This document shows, in pieces, positions 12,085 through 25,416 of a stretch of 64,000 bases of DNA. The translations under genes and the position numbers were made by a program. Under the pieces are notes generated by a model. It saw nothing but the letters and a program-made list of their open reading frames with translations. It was not told the DNA's origin and did no database searches. The stretch's first letter is position 1. Every line of letters begins with the position of its first letter. Origin of the DNA: Malacoraja senta (lineage: Eukaryota); contig CM075988.1 in assembly GCA_038087875.1 (NCBI GenBank), positions 20,772,001 to 20,836,000 of the forward strand, in the 5' to 3' direction.

Positions 12085-12823
12085 GTATGGCTACAATGAC
12101 ATTGTTACCATCCCTGCTGGAGCAACCAATATTGACATAAAGCAACGGAGTCACAAAGGAGTTAAACATGATGGCAATTACCTGGCTGTGAAGTTGCTGG
12201 ATGATACGTACATCCTGAACGGAGATTACTCTGTGATCACAGTGGAGCAAGATATACCAATTGGAGGGGCCATACTCAAGTACAGCGGCTCTTCCACCAC
12301 TCTGGAAAGAATTCAGAGCTTCAAAAAGTTGCAGGAGCCGTTATCAATCCAGTTGCTTTCCATTGCGACAGATACACTGCCTCCCAGGGTGAAGTACAGT
12401 TTCTTCATCCCCACTGATGTCTTGTTCAGCAAGCTGAAAGCCAAATCCACCAAGAAATCCCTCAATGCCGTCAAGCAGGCCAGCGTCTCGCAGTACACTC
12501 CCGGAGAATGGTCAGAATGTTCTCGCAGCTGTGGATCTGGTTGGCAGAGGAGAAACGTGGAGTGCAAGGACAATGATGGCAACATGTCCTTGGATTGCAA
12601 CAGGGAGTTGAGGCCGGAAGACATCAGACCCTGTGCTGATATGCCATGCCCACTCTGGCAACTTGGCCCTTGGTCCCCCTGCTCAAGAACTTGCGGCAAG
12701 GGAGAACGAAAGCGCAGCGTGCTGTGCGTCGAATACACCGGTAACACTGCAGAGGAGGATAAATGTGACCCTTTCAAACAGCTCCAGCCCATAACCGAAG
12801 AGTGCTTCCAGCAGGAATGTTAA
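12085..12823 (+). CDS. ADAMTS8: ADAMTS8 last coding exon: spacer domain + two TSP1 repeats, stop TAA
   Basis: cctag|G acceptor (phase 2). YGYNDIVTIPAGATNIDIKQRSH...YSGSSTTLERIQSF...WSECSRSCGSGWQRR...WSPCSRTCGKG...QQEC*. Confidence 0.94.
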
Positions 12824-13617
12824 ACTTGGCTACTTTTATCTGTGGAAAGTGACGTAACTGATAGCCGGTTGTTAACTGGACACGAGCTTGTTTAGTTTCA
12901 GATTGTGTAGCCATAAATAAAAGGAGAAAATGCACTAACTGACCAAATAGGTCAACAAAGTAGAGTCATTTGATATATTACGACAGTAAATACCACTGTT
13001 TATCTTTGTTATTTTGCCAGAGAGCTGTCTACCTCAGTTGATGCTAAGAATGTTGCCTCTCAGATGTCGGGCTAACATACTGTAATTGTCGTCTCTTCCT
13101 GTGCTGCTACTCCAGATTTAACTCTCGACAAGTTGGCCATTGCAAAGCCGACAAACCTGTAATCATAGTAACTATAATTTAATAATTAAGGTACAGTCTG
13201 TAATAGTTTAATATACATCCCACACAAGTGTGTACATTTTATAGAAGATTTTAAACCTAAATTCAGATGTAGCATTCCAATATTGTATATAGAGTACCTG
13301 AAGTTTCTTACCTTCAATGAAGGAGTGTAGGTATTTTTAAGCTTCCTTTCAAAGCTATTTATTTTTATACAATTTATATTTTCAAATTGTGTTTTCTAGA
13401 TGCTGCTGTTACAACTCCAGAGACTTGTTTTCCTCTTTATATAGGTGCTTACTTTGTACAATTGGCTCCTGTGTGACAAATAGCAAGACTCCAGACAAAC
13501 TGAGAGCCCATTAAAATCTGCTTCATTTTATAAAAGTTAGCAAATCTTTTGTTATGAACTTTGCCACTTTATTACTGCGGAATTTGCTTTGTCTACAGCC
13601 CTGTTTTAATCTTGCAC

Positions 13618-13623
13618 AATAAA
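13618..13623 (+). terminator. Candidate ADAMTS8 polyadenylation signal (a proximal AATAAA also lies at 12916-12921)
   Basis: AATAAA after an AU-rich, repeat-free 3'UTR, followed by a T-rich tract. Confidence 0.5.
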
Positions 13624-13974
13624 TGGATTTTAAGTTTTACTCTATCTCCTGTCATTCTTAGATTTTCCTTGGATTGCTTTGGTTTTTCCTCCCTGCTATC
13701 ATTATCCCTTCTATTCCATTTTAAATGTGTTACAATCCCTTTTGATTCTCAGCTCAAGCAAACCATTCAAAATCCTTGGTTTTAACCATGTCAACGCAAG
13801 TCTGGAATTTCTGGTGCAGGTAATTCATCTAAAGAAACATTTCCTGATGGGATGATCTTTCTTTGGCTGTAGAAGAATCCGGCAAAGCAGTTGTACATTG
13901 GAAGTTCAAGGAGTGAACTATTACCTGCTGGTCTAGAAACTATAATATTAAATGCAATTTTATGTAATAATAAT

Positions 13975-14322
13975 GATAATGGATGGGATTTATATAGCGC
14001 CTTTCTAATACTCAAGGCGCTTTACATCACATTATTCATTCACTCCTCAGTCACACTCGGTGGTGGTGAGCTACTTCTGTAGCCACAGCTGCCCTGGGGC
14101 AGACTGACGGAAGCGTGGCTGCTAATCTGCGCCTACGGCCCCTCCGACCACCACCAATCACTCACACACATTCACGCACATTCACACACATTCACACGCA
14201 GGCAAAGGTGGGTGAAGTGTCTTGCCCAAGGACACAACGACAGTATGCACTCCAAGCGGGATTCGAACCGGCTACCTTCCGGTTGCCAGCCGAACACTTA
14301 GCCCATTGCGCCATCTGTCGTC
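13975..14322 (-). mobile_element. tRNA-headed SINE with L2-type tail (resembles teleost AFC/CORE-type SINEs)
   Basis: Minus strand: A box TGGCGCAATGG, B box GGTTCGAATCC, GTGTCCTTGGGCAAGACAC, CCGTCAGTCTGCCCCAGGGCAGCTGTGGCTAC, tail GTAAAGCGCCTTGAG...GCGCTATATAAAT(ATT)n. Confidence 0.8.
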
Positions 14323-14330
14323 CGCATGTA

Positions 14331-14648
14331 CAGGTCCACCACCACTTTTCCGGCAACTGGTGGTCCAGCACCTCCTTTAAGCCGGACAAAATTACGACAG
14401 CACACTTGAAATCTCCCCCATGGAAGTCCCCCAGGAAAAGTGGCACCTTGGCTGGGTGAGGTGCCCGATCTCATCCTCATCGGGACTTCCACGCCAATTT
14501 GGCGGGTCGAATTTGTCCCCTGTGGTCAAGGCGGACCGTTCTAGTACTGTGGACTCCTCTCACAGGCCGTGACCTCTGTTGGGCTGGCAAAACAGATAAT
14601 CTGAAAGGCTCTGGAACTAAGGGTGCTGAAAAATCGGTGGTGGATTTG
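14331..14648. mobile_element. Tc1/mariner-type MITE
   Basis: TA|CAGGTCCACCACCACTTTTCCGGCA ... TGCTGAAAAATCGGTGGTGGATTTG|TA. Confidence 0.7.
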
Positions 14649-14968
14649 TATAAGACCATTGTAAAAGTTGTCACTGGCATGTTTCTCCAGTTTTCCTTGA
14701 GACAGTCAAATATTACAACCCCAATCCCAATTAAGATAGTATTGTTGCAATCAAGTAAAAGATTAGCTACTCATGCCTTTCCTCAGCTAGTCGTAGTACC
14801 ATCACAAACTGTATTAGTGGGTTGCTTGCCCATTTTTGTTTTAAAGTTGGTCTGCACAAAATAATCACACTGAAAAAGATTGCTGCAAAAGATTTTATTT
14901 ATTTCACTATTCTTCAAATGGGAAAGCATTGATTTTTTGTTATTATTAATTTTAAATGTTATCATTAT

Positions 14969-16095
14969 TCGACAAGGTTCCGCATGGTAGGCTGCTGTGG
15001 AAGGTTAGATCGCATGTGATCCAAGGAGAGATAGCTGAATGGATAGAAAATTGCCTTCATGGAAGGAAGCAGAGGGTGATCGTGGAAGGTTGCTTCTCAG
15101 ACTGGAGGCCTGTGACTAGTGCTGGGCCCGTTACTGTTTGTCATCTACATCAATGATTTAGATGAGAACATACATGGCAAGATTAGCAAGTTTGCTCATG
15201 ATACAAAAGTGGGTGGTTTTGCAGATAGTGAAGATGGTCGTGAAAAATTGCAGCAGGATCTTGATCAATTGGCCAGGTAGGCTGAGGAATGGTTGATGGA
15301 ATGTAATACAGAGAAATGTGAAGTGTTGCATTTAGGGAAGTCTAACGAGGGCAGGACCTACACAGTGAATGGTTAGTGTTGTGGAGCAGAGGGATCTAGG
15401 AGTGCAGGTGCATGGTTCTTTGAAGGTAGAGTCACAGGTAGATAAGGTGGTCAAAAAGGCTTTTGGTACATTGGCCTTCATCAGTCAGAGTATTGAGTAT
15501 AGAAGTTGGGAGGTCATGTTGCAGTTGTGTAAGATGTTGGTGAGACCACATTTACAATATTGTGTTCAGTTCTGGGCACCATGTTATAGCAAAGATATTG
15601 TCAAGCTGGAAAAGGTACAGAGAAGATTTACGAGGATGTTGCCAGGACTAGAGGGTCTGAGCTATAGGGAGAGGTTGAGTAGGCTGGGACTCTATTCCTT
15701 GGAGCACAGGAGGATGAGGGGTGATCTTATAGAGGTGTATAAGATCATGAGAGGAATAGATCGGGTAGGTGCACAGAGTCTCTTGCCCAGAATAGGTGAA
15801 TCAAGGACTAGAGGACGTAGGTTTAAGGTGAAGGGGAAAAGATTGACTAAAATCCGAGGGGTAACTTTTTCACACACAGGGTGGTGGGTGTATGGAACAA
15901 GCTGCCAGAGGAGTTGAGGCTGAGACTATTCCAACGTTTAAGAAACAGTTAGACAGGTACATGGATAGGACAGGTTTGGAGGGATATGAACCAAACACAG
16001 GCAGGTGGGACTATTGTAGCTGGGACATGTTAGCCGGTGTGGGCAAGTTTGGCCGATGGGCCTGTTTCCACACTGTGTCACTCTATGACTCTCTA
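14969..16095 (+). mobile_element. CR1 LINE 3' fragment
   Basis: FDKVPHGRL...QRDLGV...RPHLQYCVQFW...RGDLIEVYKI, with an (ACTCTATG)n tail. Confidence 0.9.
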
Positions 16096-18940
16096 TTATA
16101 GAGTAACAGCAGTGTTGCTATCCATAAATGTGAACCAAGCCTGGGTCATAAACCAAACCAAACACTCAACCCATCTCATCTTCATTCAATTCTTCAGTGC
16201 TAAATTCTGATTAAAACTGGAGTTGTTTACTCTGAGCTTGGTACGTTTTTAACGTTCAATACAAATAAACTTGGCTTATTGCCTGAATCACAATCAAGGA
16301 ACAGAACACTACAGAAATGTGTTCATTTTTGTGTGAAGTGTGTTAAGAGCCTTTGAGCAGATTGAATTACTGCAGAAAGTCATTAAGGTGAATGTGGAAA
16401 AAGCTTTCACAAATTAGCTCTTTTGATCTGATCATACAAATTCTCATCATGGCACAGCACCGGTTCAAGCTGAACTGCTATTATTGAATGATTAGATATC
16501 ATCTTAAAAGCACTGCTACATTTGTTGGAATGCATTGGTGACGTATACCCTTTATTTGAGAACATTTCACCTCAATCAATTCTAAGTGCCTATATTAGCA
16601 TTCAACGGTAATCTGTGTTACTACCGCTAATGATAGCACAAACCTGTTCATTTGCTTAAAGACGGAACTCAAATTGCCATAGAACAAAATCAGAAAACAT
16701 TCCCATTGAATACGGCGATGTTTAAATGAAATGTCAATGTCAAATATCATAGAACGCGGAACAGTACAGCACAGGAACAGGCCCTTTGGTCCATAATATC
16801 CATGCCAAACATATTGCTAAGCTAAAGGAATCTCCTTGTCCTGCATGTGATCAATATCCCTCCATAACCATGTGCTTATCTAAAAGCCTCTTAAATGACA
16901 CCAATGTATCTGCCTTCACCATCACCCCTAGAAGCACTTTCCAGGCACACACTACTCTCTGTGTAAAAAAACCCATACCCACACATCTCCTTTTAGCTTT
17001 GCCCCTCTCACCTTAAAGCTATGCCCCCTCGCCTTTGACATGTCCTCTCTGGGAGAAAGGTTCTGACTGTCCATCCTATCTATACCTCTCAAAATTGTAT
17101 ATATTTCTATTGGGTTTCCAAAACTCCAGAGAAAATAATCAAAGTGTGTCCAACTAGATAGATTGACTGTCTATCTGATCTATGCCCTTCATAAGATTTA
17201 GCACAGATATCTATTTTATCTGTGATATAATTCAAGATATTATGCCTATGTAGACTTTGTGAACTTTCTATTTTGAGTTCCTGCAACAGACAAAAAAAAC
17301 ATGTAAATTTACCACAATTACTTGCAAGTAAAATGTATGATTGTTTTGCTGGTAACCATCGTCTATTGATACACACCAGAGATGGTTATTCATATTTTGA
17401 TTTAATATTGTATATTTTCTTAATTAGTGAATATTGTAAATCGTAAATTATAAAATGAGATGGCGGACACCAGATGCAGTATTTAAACCAATGTTTGATA
17501 ATTCCACAGTGTTTCCAGAGTGGGAAGGCATGGAGGCATGAGGGGACAGATGCAGAATCTTCACAGTTCCCAACGTGTGGTTACAGTACTACGAGCGTCA
17601 GGGGTTATGGAGAGAGGGCAGGAGAATGGAGTTAGGAGGGAGAGATAGATCAGCCATGATTGAATGGCGGAGTAGACTTGATGGGCCGAATGGCCTAATT
17701 CTGCTCCGATCACATGAACTTATAACTCCTTTGATCAAGCTTCCAAACCAGGAATCAAACTAATCTTTCTCTTCAGGGAATTACACAAGTCACGGTGCAG
17801 TTGAGATGGACAAAATGTGGCCAGAGATAATAATTACAAATCAATGAAGTGAATAATTGAATTACTTGAAAAAGTTGGAGAAAAGTTATATGACTCCTGG
17901 TTCTGGAATATGAACGGCAAGACCAATACTGTGCCATGTTTTATTACAGTGTTAGAAAACACAGATAACCAACGGTTATTTTTTCTTAAAATTCCTGCAA
18001 CGTGAGGAATCGATTCCATTACTGGAATAGTTATGCTTGCAATGGAGTTAAATAAAGCAGATTAGTATGAATATTTTTTTATTTATTCACATCAGCTTTT
18101 GTTCTCAATTCTATGTTGGTGTTAGAAGGGTGACAACAGTCTATTCATTACAGATAGTGATAATAAGGAAGGTTTAACTCTTAGTTTAGCATAGTTTAAA
18201 GATACAACCTGGAAAAAAGGTTCTTCAGCCCACTGAGTCCATGCTGACCATATATCACCCACTCACACTAGCTCTACATTATCACACTTTTGCATCCACT
18301 CCCAACACACGAGGGGCAATTTTACAGAGGCTAATGAACCTACAAACTCATGCGTCTTTGGGATGTCAGATGAAACCCACATGATCACTGGGAGAATACG
18401 CAAACTCCACACAGACAGCACCCGAGATCAGGATCGAACCCAGGTTTCTGAGTTGGGCAGCAGCTCTTCCAGCTGCGCCAATGTGCCATAGCTTTTCTAT
18501 ACTGGACCTATGCAGAAATGGTCCAGTATTACCTAATAACAATCCAAACGTTTTGCCAGCAATTTCTTTCAGCTAAAGGGGTCCACAAGCCTTTGGAAAC
18601 TAATCAATGTCCACAGGCCATTTTACTCAACACTTGCAGGGACTGCAAATCTCGGCAATACACCAACACTTGGGTGTCTGTTATCTCCTCTGGGAGGGAC
18701 CACACTTTACAATTACAATTACAAGAAAGACAATGGTCTTCAAATGCCAATGTCCTATGCTTGAAATAGCTTATGCTTGAAACTTCTCTCAAATCCACAT
18801 GATAAACATGATTGGGTATTTTGTTACTGCGCTACATCATGGACTTGAGTACCTACAGGTACTTGAGCTTGGCTTGATTCTACTCATGTGGAGTATTATC
18901 TGATTTAATTGGACAGCCTCCTTCTCTATTTCACTCATTA

Positions 18941-21900
18941 GGAAAGAAGAAAACAATAATAAACAGAGAATAAGAGGTGGTGGGGTTCTTAAATGGGTGA
19001 GCAGAGAAACAGAGGGGTGTAAAATGCGGGCGGAAGCAATAGGTAGCAAGGTGAAAAGTAAAAGTGGCAGGCAGACAAATCCAGGGCAAAAATCAAAAAG
19101 GGCCACTTTTCAACATAATTGTATAAGGGGTAAGAGCGTTGTAAAAACAAGCCTGAAGGCTTTGTGTCTCAATGCAAGGAGCATTCGTAATAAGGTGGAT
19201 GAGTTGAACGTGCAGATAGCAATTAATGATTATGATATAGTTGGGATCACGGAGACATGGCTCCAGGGTGACCAAGGCTGGGAGCTGAACATCCAGGGAT
19301 ATTCAATATTCAGGAGGGATAGAGAGAAAGGAAAAGGAGGTGGGGTAGCGTTGCTGGTTAGAGAGGAGATTAACGCAGTGGAAAGGAAGGACATTAGCTT
19401 GGAGGATGTGGAATTGGTATGGGTAGAGCTGCGAAACACTAAGGGGCAGAAAACGCTGGTGGGTGTTGTGCACAGGCCACCTAGCAGTAGTAGTGAAGTT
19501 GGGGATGGCATCAAACAGGAAATTAGAAATGTGTGCAACAAAGGCAAAACAGTTATAATGGGTGACTTCAATCTACATATAGATTGGGTGAATCAAATTG
19601 GCAGGGGTGCTGAGGAAGAGGATTTCTTGGAATGTATGCGGGATAGTTATCTAAACCAACATGTAGAGGAACCAACGAGAGAGCAGGCTATTCTAGACTG
19701 GGTATTGAGTAATGAGGAAGGGTTAGTTAGCAGTCTTGTTGTGCGTGCCCCCTTGGGCAAGAGTGACCATAATATGGTTGAGTTCTTCATTAGGGTGGAG
19801 AGTGACATTGTTAATTCAGAAACAATGGTTCTGAACTTAAAGAAAGGTAACTTTGAGGGTATGAGACGTGAATTGGCCAAGATTGACTGGCAATTAGTTC
19901 TAAAAGGGTTGACGGTGGATATGCAATGGAAGGCATTTAAAGACTGCATGGATGAACTACAAAAATTGTTCATCCCAGTTTGGCAAAGGAATAAATCAGG
20001 GAAGGTAGTGCATCCGTGGATAACAAGGGAAATCAGGGATAGTATCAAAGCAAAAGATGATGCGTACAAATTAGCCAGAAAAAGCAGCATACCAGAGGAC
20101 TGGGAGAAATTCAGAGACCAGCAGAGGAGGACAAAGGGCTTAATTAGGAAAGGGAAAATAGATTATGAAAGGTAAATTGGCAGGGAACATAAAAACTGAC
20201 TGCCAAAGTTTTTATAGATATGTGAAGAGAAAGAGATTAGTTAAAACAAATGTAGGTCCCTTGCAGTCAGAAACAGGTGAATTGATCATGGGGAACAAGG
20301 ATATGGCGGACCAATTGAATAACTACTTTGGTTCCGTCTTCACTAAGGAAGACATAAATAATCTGCCGGAAATAGCAGGGGGCCGCGGGTCAAAGGAGAT
20401 CGAGGAACTGAGTGAAATCCAGGTTAGTCGGGAAGTGGTGTTGGGTAAATTGAATGGATTAAAGGCCGATAAATCACCAGGGCCAGATAGGCTGCATCCC
20501 AGAGTACTTAAGGAAGTAGCTCCAGAAATAGTGGATGCATTAGTGATAATTTTTCAAAACTCTTTAGATTCTGGAGTAGTTCCTGAGGATTGGAGGGTAG
20601 CAAACGTAACCCCACTTTTTAAGAAGGGAGGGAGAGAAAAAACGGGGAATTACAGACCAGTTAGTCTAACATCGGTAGTGGGGAAACTGCTAGAGTCAGT
20701 TATTAAAGATGGGATAGCAGCACATTTGGAAAGTGGTGAAATCATTGGACAAAGTCAGCATGGATTTACGAAAGGTAAATCGTGTCTGACGAATCTTATA
20801 GAATTTTTCGAGGATGTAACGAGTAGAGTGGATAGGGGAGAACCAGTGGATGTGTTGTATCTGTACTTTCAGAAGGCTTTCGACAAGGTACCACATAAGA
20901 GATTAGGATACAAACTTAAATCACACGGTATTGGGGGGGTTCAGTATTGATGTGGATAGAGAACTGGCTGGCAAACAGGAAGCAAAGAGTAGGAGTAAAC
21001 GGGTCCTTTTCACAATGGCAGGCAGTGGCTAGTGGGGTACCGCAAGGCTCAGTGCTGGGACCCCAGCTATTTACAATTTATATTAATGAACTGGATGAGG
21101 GAATTGAAAGCAACATCTCCAAGTTTGCGGATGACACTAAGCTGGGGGGCAGTGTTAGCTGTGAGGAGGATGCTAGGAGACTGCAAGGTGACTTGGATAG
21201 GCTGGGTGAGTGGGCAAATGTTTGGCAGATGCAGTATAATGTGGATAAATGTGAGGTTATCCACTTTGGTGGCAAAAACGGGAAGGCAGACTATTATCTA
21301 AATGGTGGCCGATTAGGAAATGGGGAGATGCAGCGAGACCTGGGTGTCATGGTACACCAGTCATTGAAAGTAGGCATGCAGGTGCAGCAGGCAGTGAAGA
21401 AAGCGAATGGTATGTTGGCTTTCATAGCAAGAGGATTTGAGTATAGGAGCAGGGAGGTTCTACTGCAGTTGTACAGGGTCTTGGTGAGACCACACCTGGA
21501 GTATTGCGTACAGTTTTGGTCTCCAAATCTGAGGAAGGACATTATAGCCATAGAGGGAGTGCAGAGAAGGTTCACCAGACTGATTCCTGGGATGTCAGGA
21601 CTTTCATATGAAGAAAGACTGGATAGACTTAGCTTATACTCGCTAGAATTTAGGAGATTGAGAGGGGATCTTATAGAAACGTACAAAATTCTTATGGGGT
21701 TGGACAGGCTAGATGCAGGAAGATTGTTCCCGATGTTGGGGAAGTCCAGGACAAGGGGTCACAGCTTAAGGATAAGGGGGAAATCCTTTAAGACCGAGAT
21801 GAGGAAAAACATTTTCACACAGAGAGTGGTGAATCTCTGGAACTCTCTGCCACAGAGGGTAGTTGAGGCCAGTTCATTGGCTATATTTAAGAGGGAGTTA

Positions 21901-22060
21901 GATGTGGCCCTTGTGGCTAAGGGGATCAGGGGGTATGGAGAGAAGGCAGGTACGGGATACTGAGTTGGATGATCAGCCATGATCATATTGAATGGCGGTG
22001 CAGGCTCGAAGGGCCGAATGGCCTACTCCTGCACCTATTTTCTATGTATCTATGTATCTA
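18941..22060 (+). mobile_element. CR1 LINE with nearly complete ORF2 (APE endonuclease + RT), two frameshifts, 3' microsatellite tail
   Basis: NARSI, ITETWL, MGDFN, KSDHN (endonuclease); SGVPQGSVLGP, KFADD (RT). ORFs 18997-20175, 20165-20950, 20947-21963. Tail (TATCTATG)n. Confidence 0.95.
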
Positions 22061-22919
22061 TTAGGTTTCACAAGCCTATGTAGCATCATAGTCATAGAGC
22101 TGTACTTCACAGTAACAGGCTCTTCGGCCCACCTATTCCATGCCAACCATTTTCCCGCATTTGGCCCACAGCCCACTAAAACCTTCCTATCCACATATTG
22201 GTAGCTGGGTTCAGTGTTAAATCCTACTCCACATTTTATTGTGGGACTGCCATTCAAAGAGATCAAATGTAAGGGGAAAATATACAATTAATGGCATGAC
22301 CCTGAACCGGGTTGGTGCACAGAGGGATCTTGGGGTCCAAGACCATAACTCCCTGAAGGTGACAACACAAGTAAATACAGTGATAAAGAATGCATATGGT
22401 ATGCTTGCTTTATTAGGTCTGGGCATTGCCTTTAATCAAGAAGTCACAATGCATCCATCACGATTGCACGCAGTTCTTGTAACCCCATTAGGTAAAGTTG
22501 TAACATGTTTATTGTATAATCTATGAGTACTGTGTTTACAGACCTGTTATTCTGCTGCATATCAGAATTTAATGTTTCCCCTTTCGGTACATATGACAAT
22601 TTAACATTCTTGACTATCTAGACGCTTGATCTACAGACCAAAGTACAAGAGTAATTTTAGTTATACAACTAGTAGTACTCAAAACGGTTTTATGGTTGAA
22701 ATGACTTATGAAGTGATGACTGTGTTTTTTCACAGAGAAACCTCTTTACCCAACAGAAAAGAATCTAGTGGATTGAATATCAAATTATATATGTATGTTC
22801 AGAAGGTTAATAAAAAGGCTGAATTAAAGAAAGGTAATTACTTTGAAGCATTACAATGAGAACAGTTTTGTGAACAGAAGTTTGATTTTTTTAGCAGCTA
22901 AATTTTTTAGCAGCTTCGG

Positions 22920-23585
22920 ACGATAGCTAAAATAAAACAATTCCTCCAGCTTGATGACCTCGAAAAGATCATCCACACATTTATCCCCTCCCACCTAGAT
23001 TACTGCTACTCCCTTTACACTGGCATCAGCCAATCTTCCCTGTCCCGCCTGCAACTGGTCCAAAACGCCGCAGCGAGACTCCTTACGGGCACCCGAAAAA
23101 GGGACCACATCACCCCGATCCTGGCCTCTCTCCACTGGCTCCCTGTGCGGTTCCGTATAAATTTCAAGACCCACCTCTATGTCTAAAAAGCCCTCAATGG
23201 GCGTGCACCCACCTACATTAAAAGTCTTCTCACCCACCACACCACCTCCAGGTACCTCAGATCGGCCGACTTGGGGTTGCTGAATGTCCCGCGGTCTAGG
23301 CATAAGCTCAGGGGCGACCGCGCCTTTGCGGTTGCAGCTCCTAGACTGTGGAACAGCATCCCCCTTCCCATCAGAACTGCCCCCTCCATCGACTCCTTTA
23401 AGTCTAGACTAAAAACGTATCTGTACTCCCAAGCCTTTCCTGACGTCCTCTGAGCGAGGGCTATATGTATATATGTATGTAGTTTGTTTGTTTATACTAT
23501 TCTTATAACAAATGTAAAGCACTTTGGTCAACGAGAGTTGTTTTTTAAATGTGCTATATAAATAAATGTGACTTGACTTGACTTG
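22920..23585 (+). mobile_element. L2-clade LINE 3' fragment
   Basis: RLDYC.S, LQLVQNAAARLL, HITPILASLHWLPV, GDRAFAVAAPRLWNS..FKSRLKT. L2-type 3' end GTAAAGCACTTTG...AATAAA(TGACT)n. Confidence 0.88.
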
Positions 23586-24717
23586 TGACTAAATTCAAAT
23601 GTGCAATCTGCAGTGTCATAGAACTATCAGCATGGAAACTGGCCCTTAATCCCACCTTGTCCGTGCTAACTAGTTGGCTAGTTCAATTTTCCTGCATTTC
23701 ACCCATAGGGCTCTAAACCCCTCCTACCCATATGTCCAATGTCTTGCCCAATGTCTTTTGAAAGTCATAATTGTATCTGCTCCTATAGATTCCTCTGGCA
23801 GCTCATTTTATATATGGATTATCCTCTCAATGAAAAGGTTGTCCCAAAGGTCCCTCTTAAATCTCCCCCCTTTCACCGTAGGCTTATGCCCTGTGTTTTA
23901 CTATCCTTTAGAATCCTGTTTTATTCCCCCTTTTCCCCCTCTCTCCCATCCCCTTCCACCCATATCCCTCCCTCTGGCTTAATATTTTACTCCTTTTCTT
24001 ATCTGACACCGTTTTGTCTTGTTTTTACCTCTAGCCTTTGTCACTATCTTCACCCCTCTGTCAATTGCATCTCCCTCAACAGTATCCACCTATCACTCAC
24101 CAGGCATTGTCTCACCCCCATCTCTCTTTTCCGGCTTTCTCCCCCCCCTACCCCTGTCAGTTTAATGAAGGATCTGACCCAAAATGTTGTCTGTCCATTC
24201 CCTCCACAGATGCTGCCTGACCTGCTGAGCACTTCCAGCTCTTTATGTCTTGCTCAAGATACCAGCATCTGCAGTTTCTTGTGGCAACATTTAATTGCAT
24301 TCATCAAACAATGCTAAATATCATAAATGATTTTATAAACTAGAACACTTCCAATTATTCTGGTAATGTGTCACTGCTCATTGAACAAAAACAACTTATT
24401 GTGGTGCTCAAAAATGATTATTCATAAGATGGCATGGTAGCGCAGCGGTAGAGTTGCTGCTTGACCTGCTCATAATCAGGATCTCAACTGGAAGAATCGA
24501 ACCTAAAATTGCTGCTTGTTTTTAACAAGTAGGTCAATTAAAGCCAAAGTGAAAGTAAAGTGTATCACCATTTGTACAGTAGACTGATATCCAGCTAAAC
24601 AGGAATCTGGGATTCTAGCCAGACCACTAATGGATGTTGTGAAACAGTTGCAAGCCTGTTCATATTCCCCTCTGCTCATGACATTATGCAAGATTAATTC
24701 AATAGGGAATCAGACAG

Positions 24718-25416
24718 TGTAATAAGAGTTTTGCGCGAACAGTCCATGGCTGATAGCGCTGTGGCCGGTAGCACTATCTTTTTAAAAGGTTGATAGTGCT
24801 GTGGTCGGTAGTGCTATGTTCAATGGCTGATAGCCCTGTGGCCGGTAGTACTATGTTTAACGGCTGATAGCCCTGTGACCGGTAGTGCTATATTCAATGA
24901 TTGACAGCGCTGTGGCCGGTAGTGCTATGTTCAATGGCTGATAGCGCTGTGACTGACAGAACTTTATTTAAAGCTTTGCACGCCAAGCCGGTAGCGCTAT
25001 GTTTAAAGCGTTGCGCAACAAGTCTGCAGCCGGTAGCAGTTTGGGGGGTTCACTCGGCTGCAGGCCCCTGCCATTGGTTGCAGTTTGAATTTGGAAGTGA
25101 CACCATTGGCCAGGACTTAACGGCAGCTATTTCAACGGCTGATTTCTGCCGGTGTGAAGGCAGGAGCCGGTAAACCATGAGTTAGTTCTTGTACGAGAAG
25201 GGTTCACCGACGGGCTGGGTCGCAATCAGCACCGCGGACAGAGGCAGAGAGGCAGGGAGGGAGGGAGATGTGCTGCTGTAAAATGGGCCCGTGCATACCG
25301 AGACGGGAATTGTTTTGTTCTCTCTCTTGCCAATAAATCTGATTTGTAACTAAACAGACGAGTGACCTTTTTTTCTGTTCTACTAGTCAGATCCTTGAAC
25401 CTGTTCCCTTGTAACA
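24718..25416 (+). mobile_element. Solo LTR (699 bp) with internal 37-bp tandem array
   Basis: TGTAAT...GTAACA termini; 5-bp TSD GACAG (24713-24717 / 25417-25421); AATAAA at ~25332. Confidence 0.82.
24746..24970. repeat. About 6 copies of a 37-bp minisatellite (ATGGCTGATAGCGCTGTGGCCGGTAGTGCTATGTTCA) inside the LTR
   Basis: Units start at ~24746, ~24786, 24823, 24860, 24897 and 24934. Confidence 0.9.

Noticed and set aside
12313..12792. 159-aa antisense ORF
   Set aside because: Shadow of the ADAMTS8 last exon with no independent coding signal.
837..12823. Assignment as ADAMTS1 or ADAMTS15 because of two C-terminal TSP1 repeats
   Set aside because: Diagnostic residues (HTKNGSL, RGRSEF, KQRSH) and adjacency to ZBTB44 favour ADAMTS8.
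23739..24317. 192-aa ORF
   Set aside because: Spans an antisense CR1 remnant and a decayed Penelope pLTR; pyrimidine-rich with no domain.
24746..24970. 37-bp partly palindromic repeats resembling a CRISPR array
   Set aside because: Units are head-to-tail with no unique spacers, there are no cas genes, the context is eukaryotic, and the array lies inside a solo LTR.
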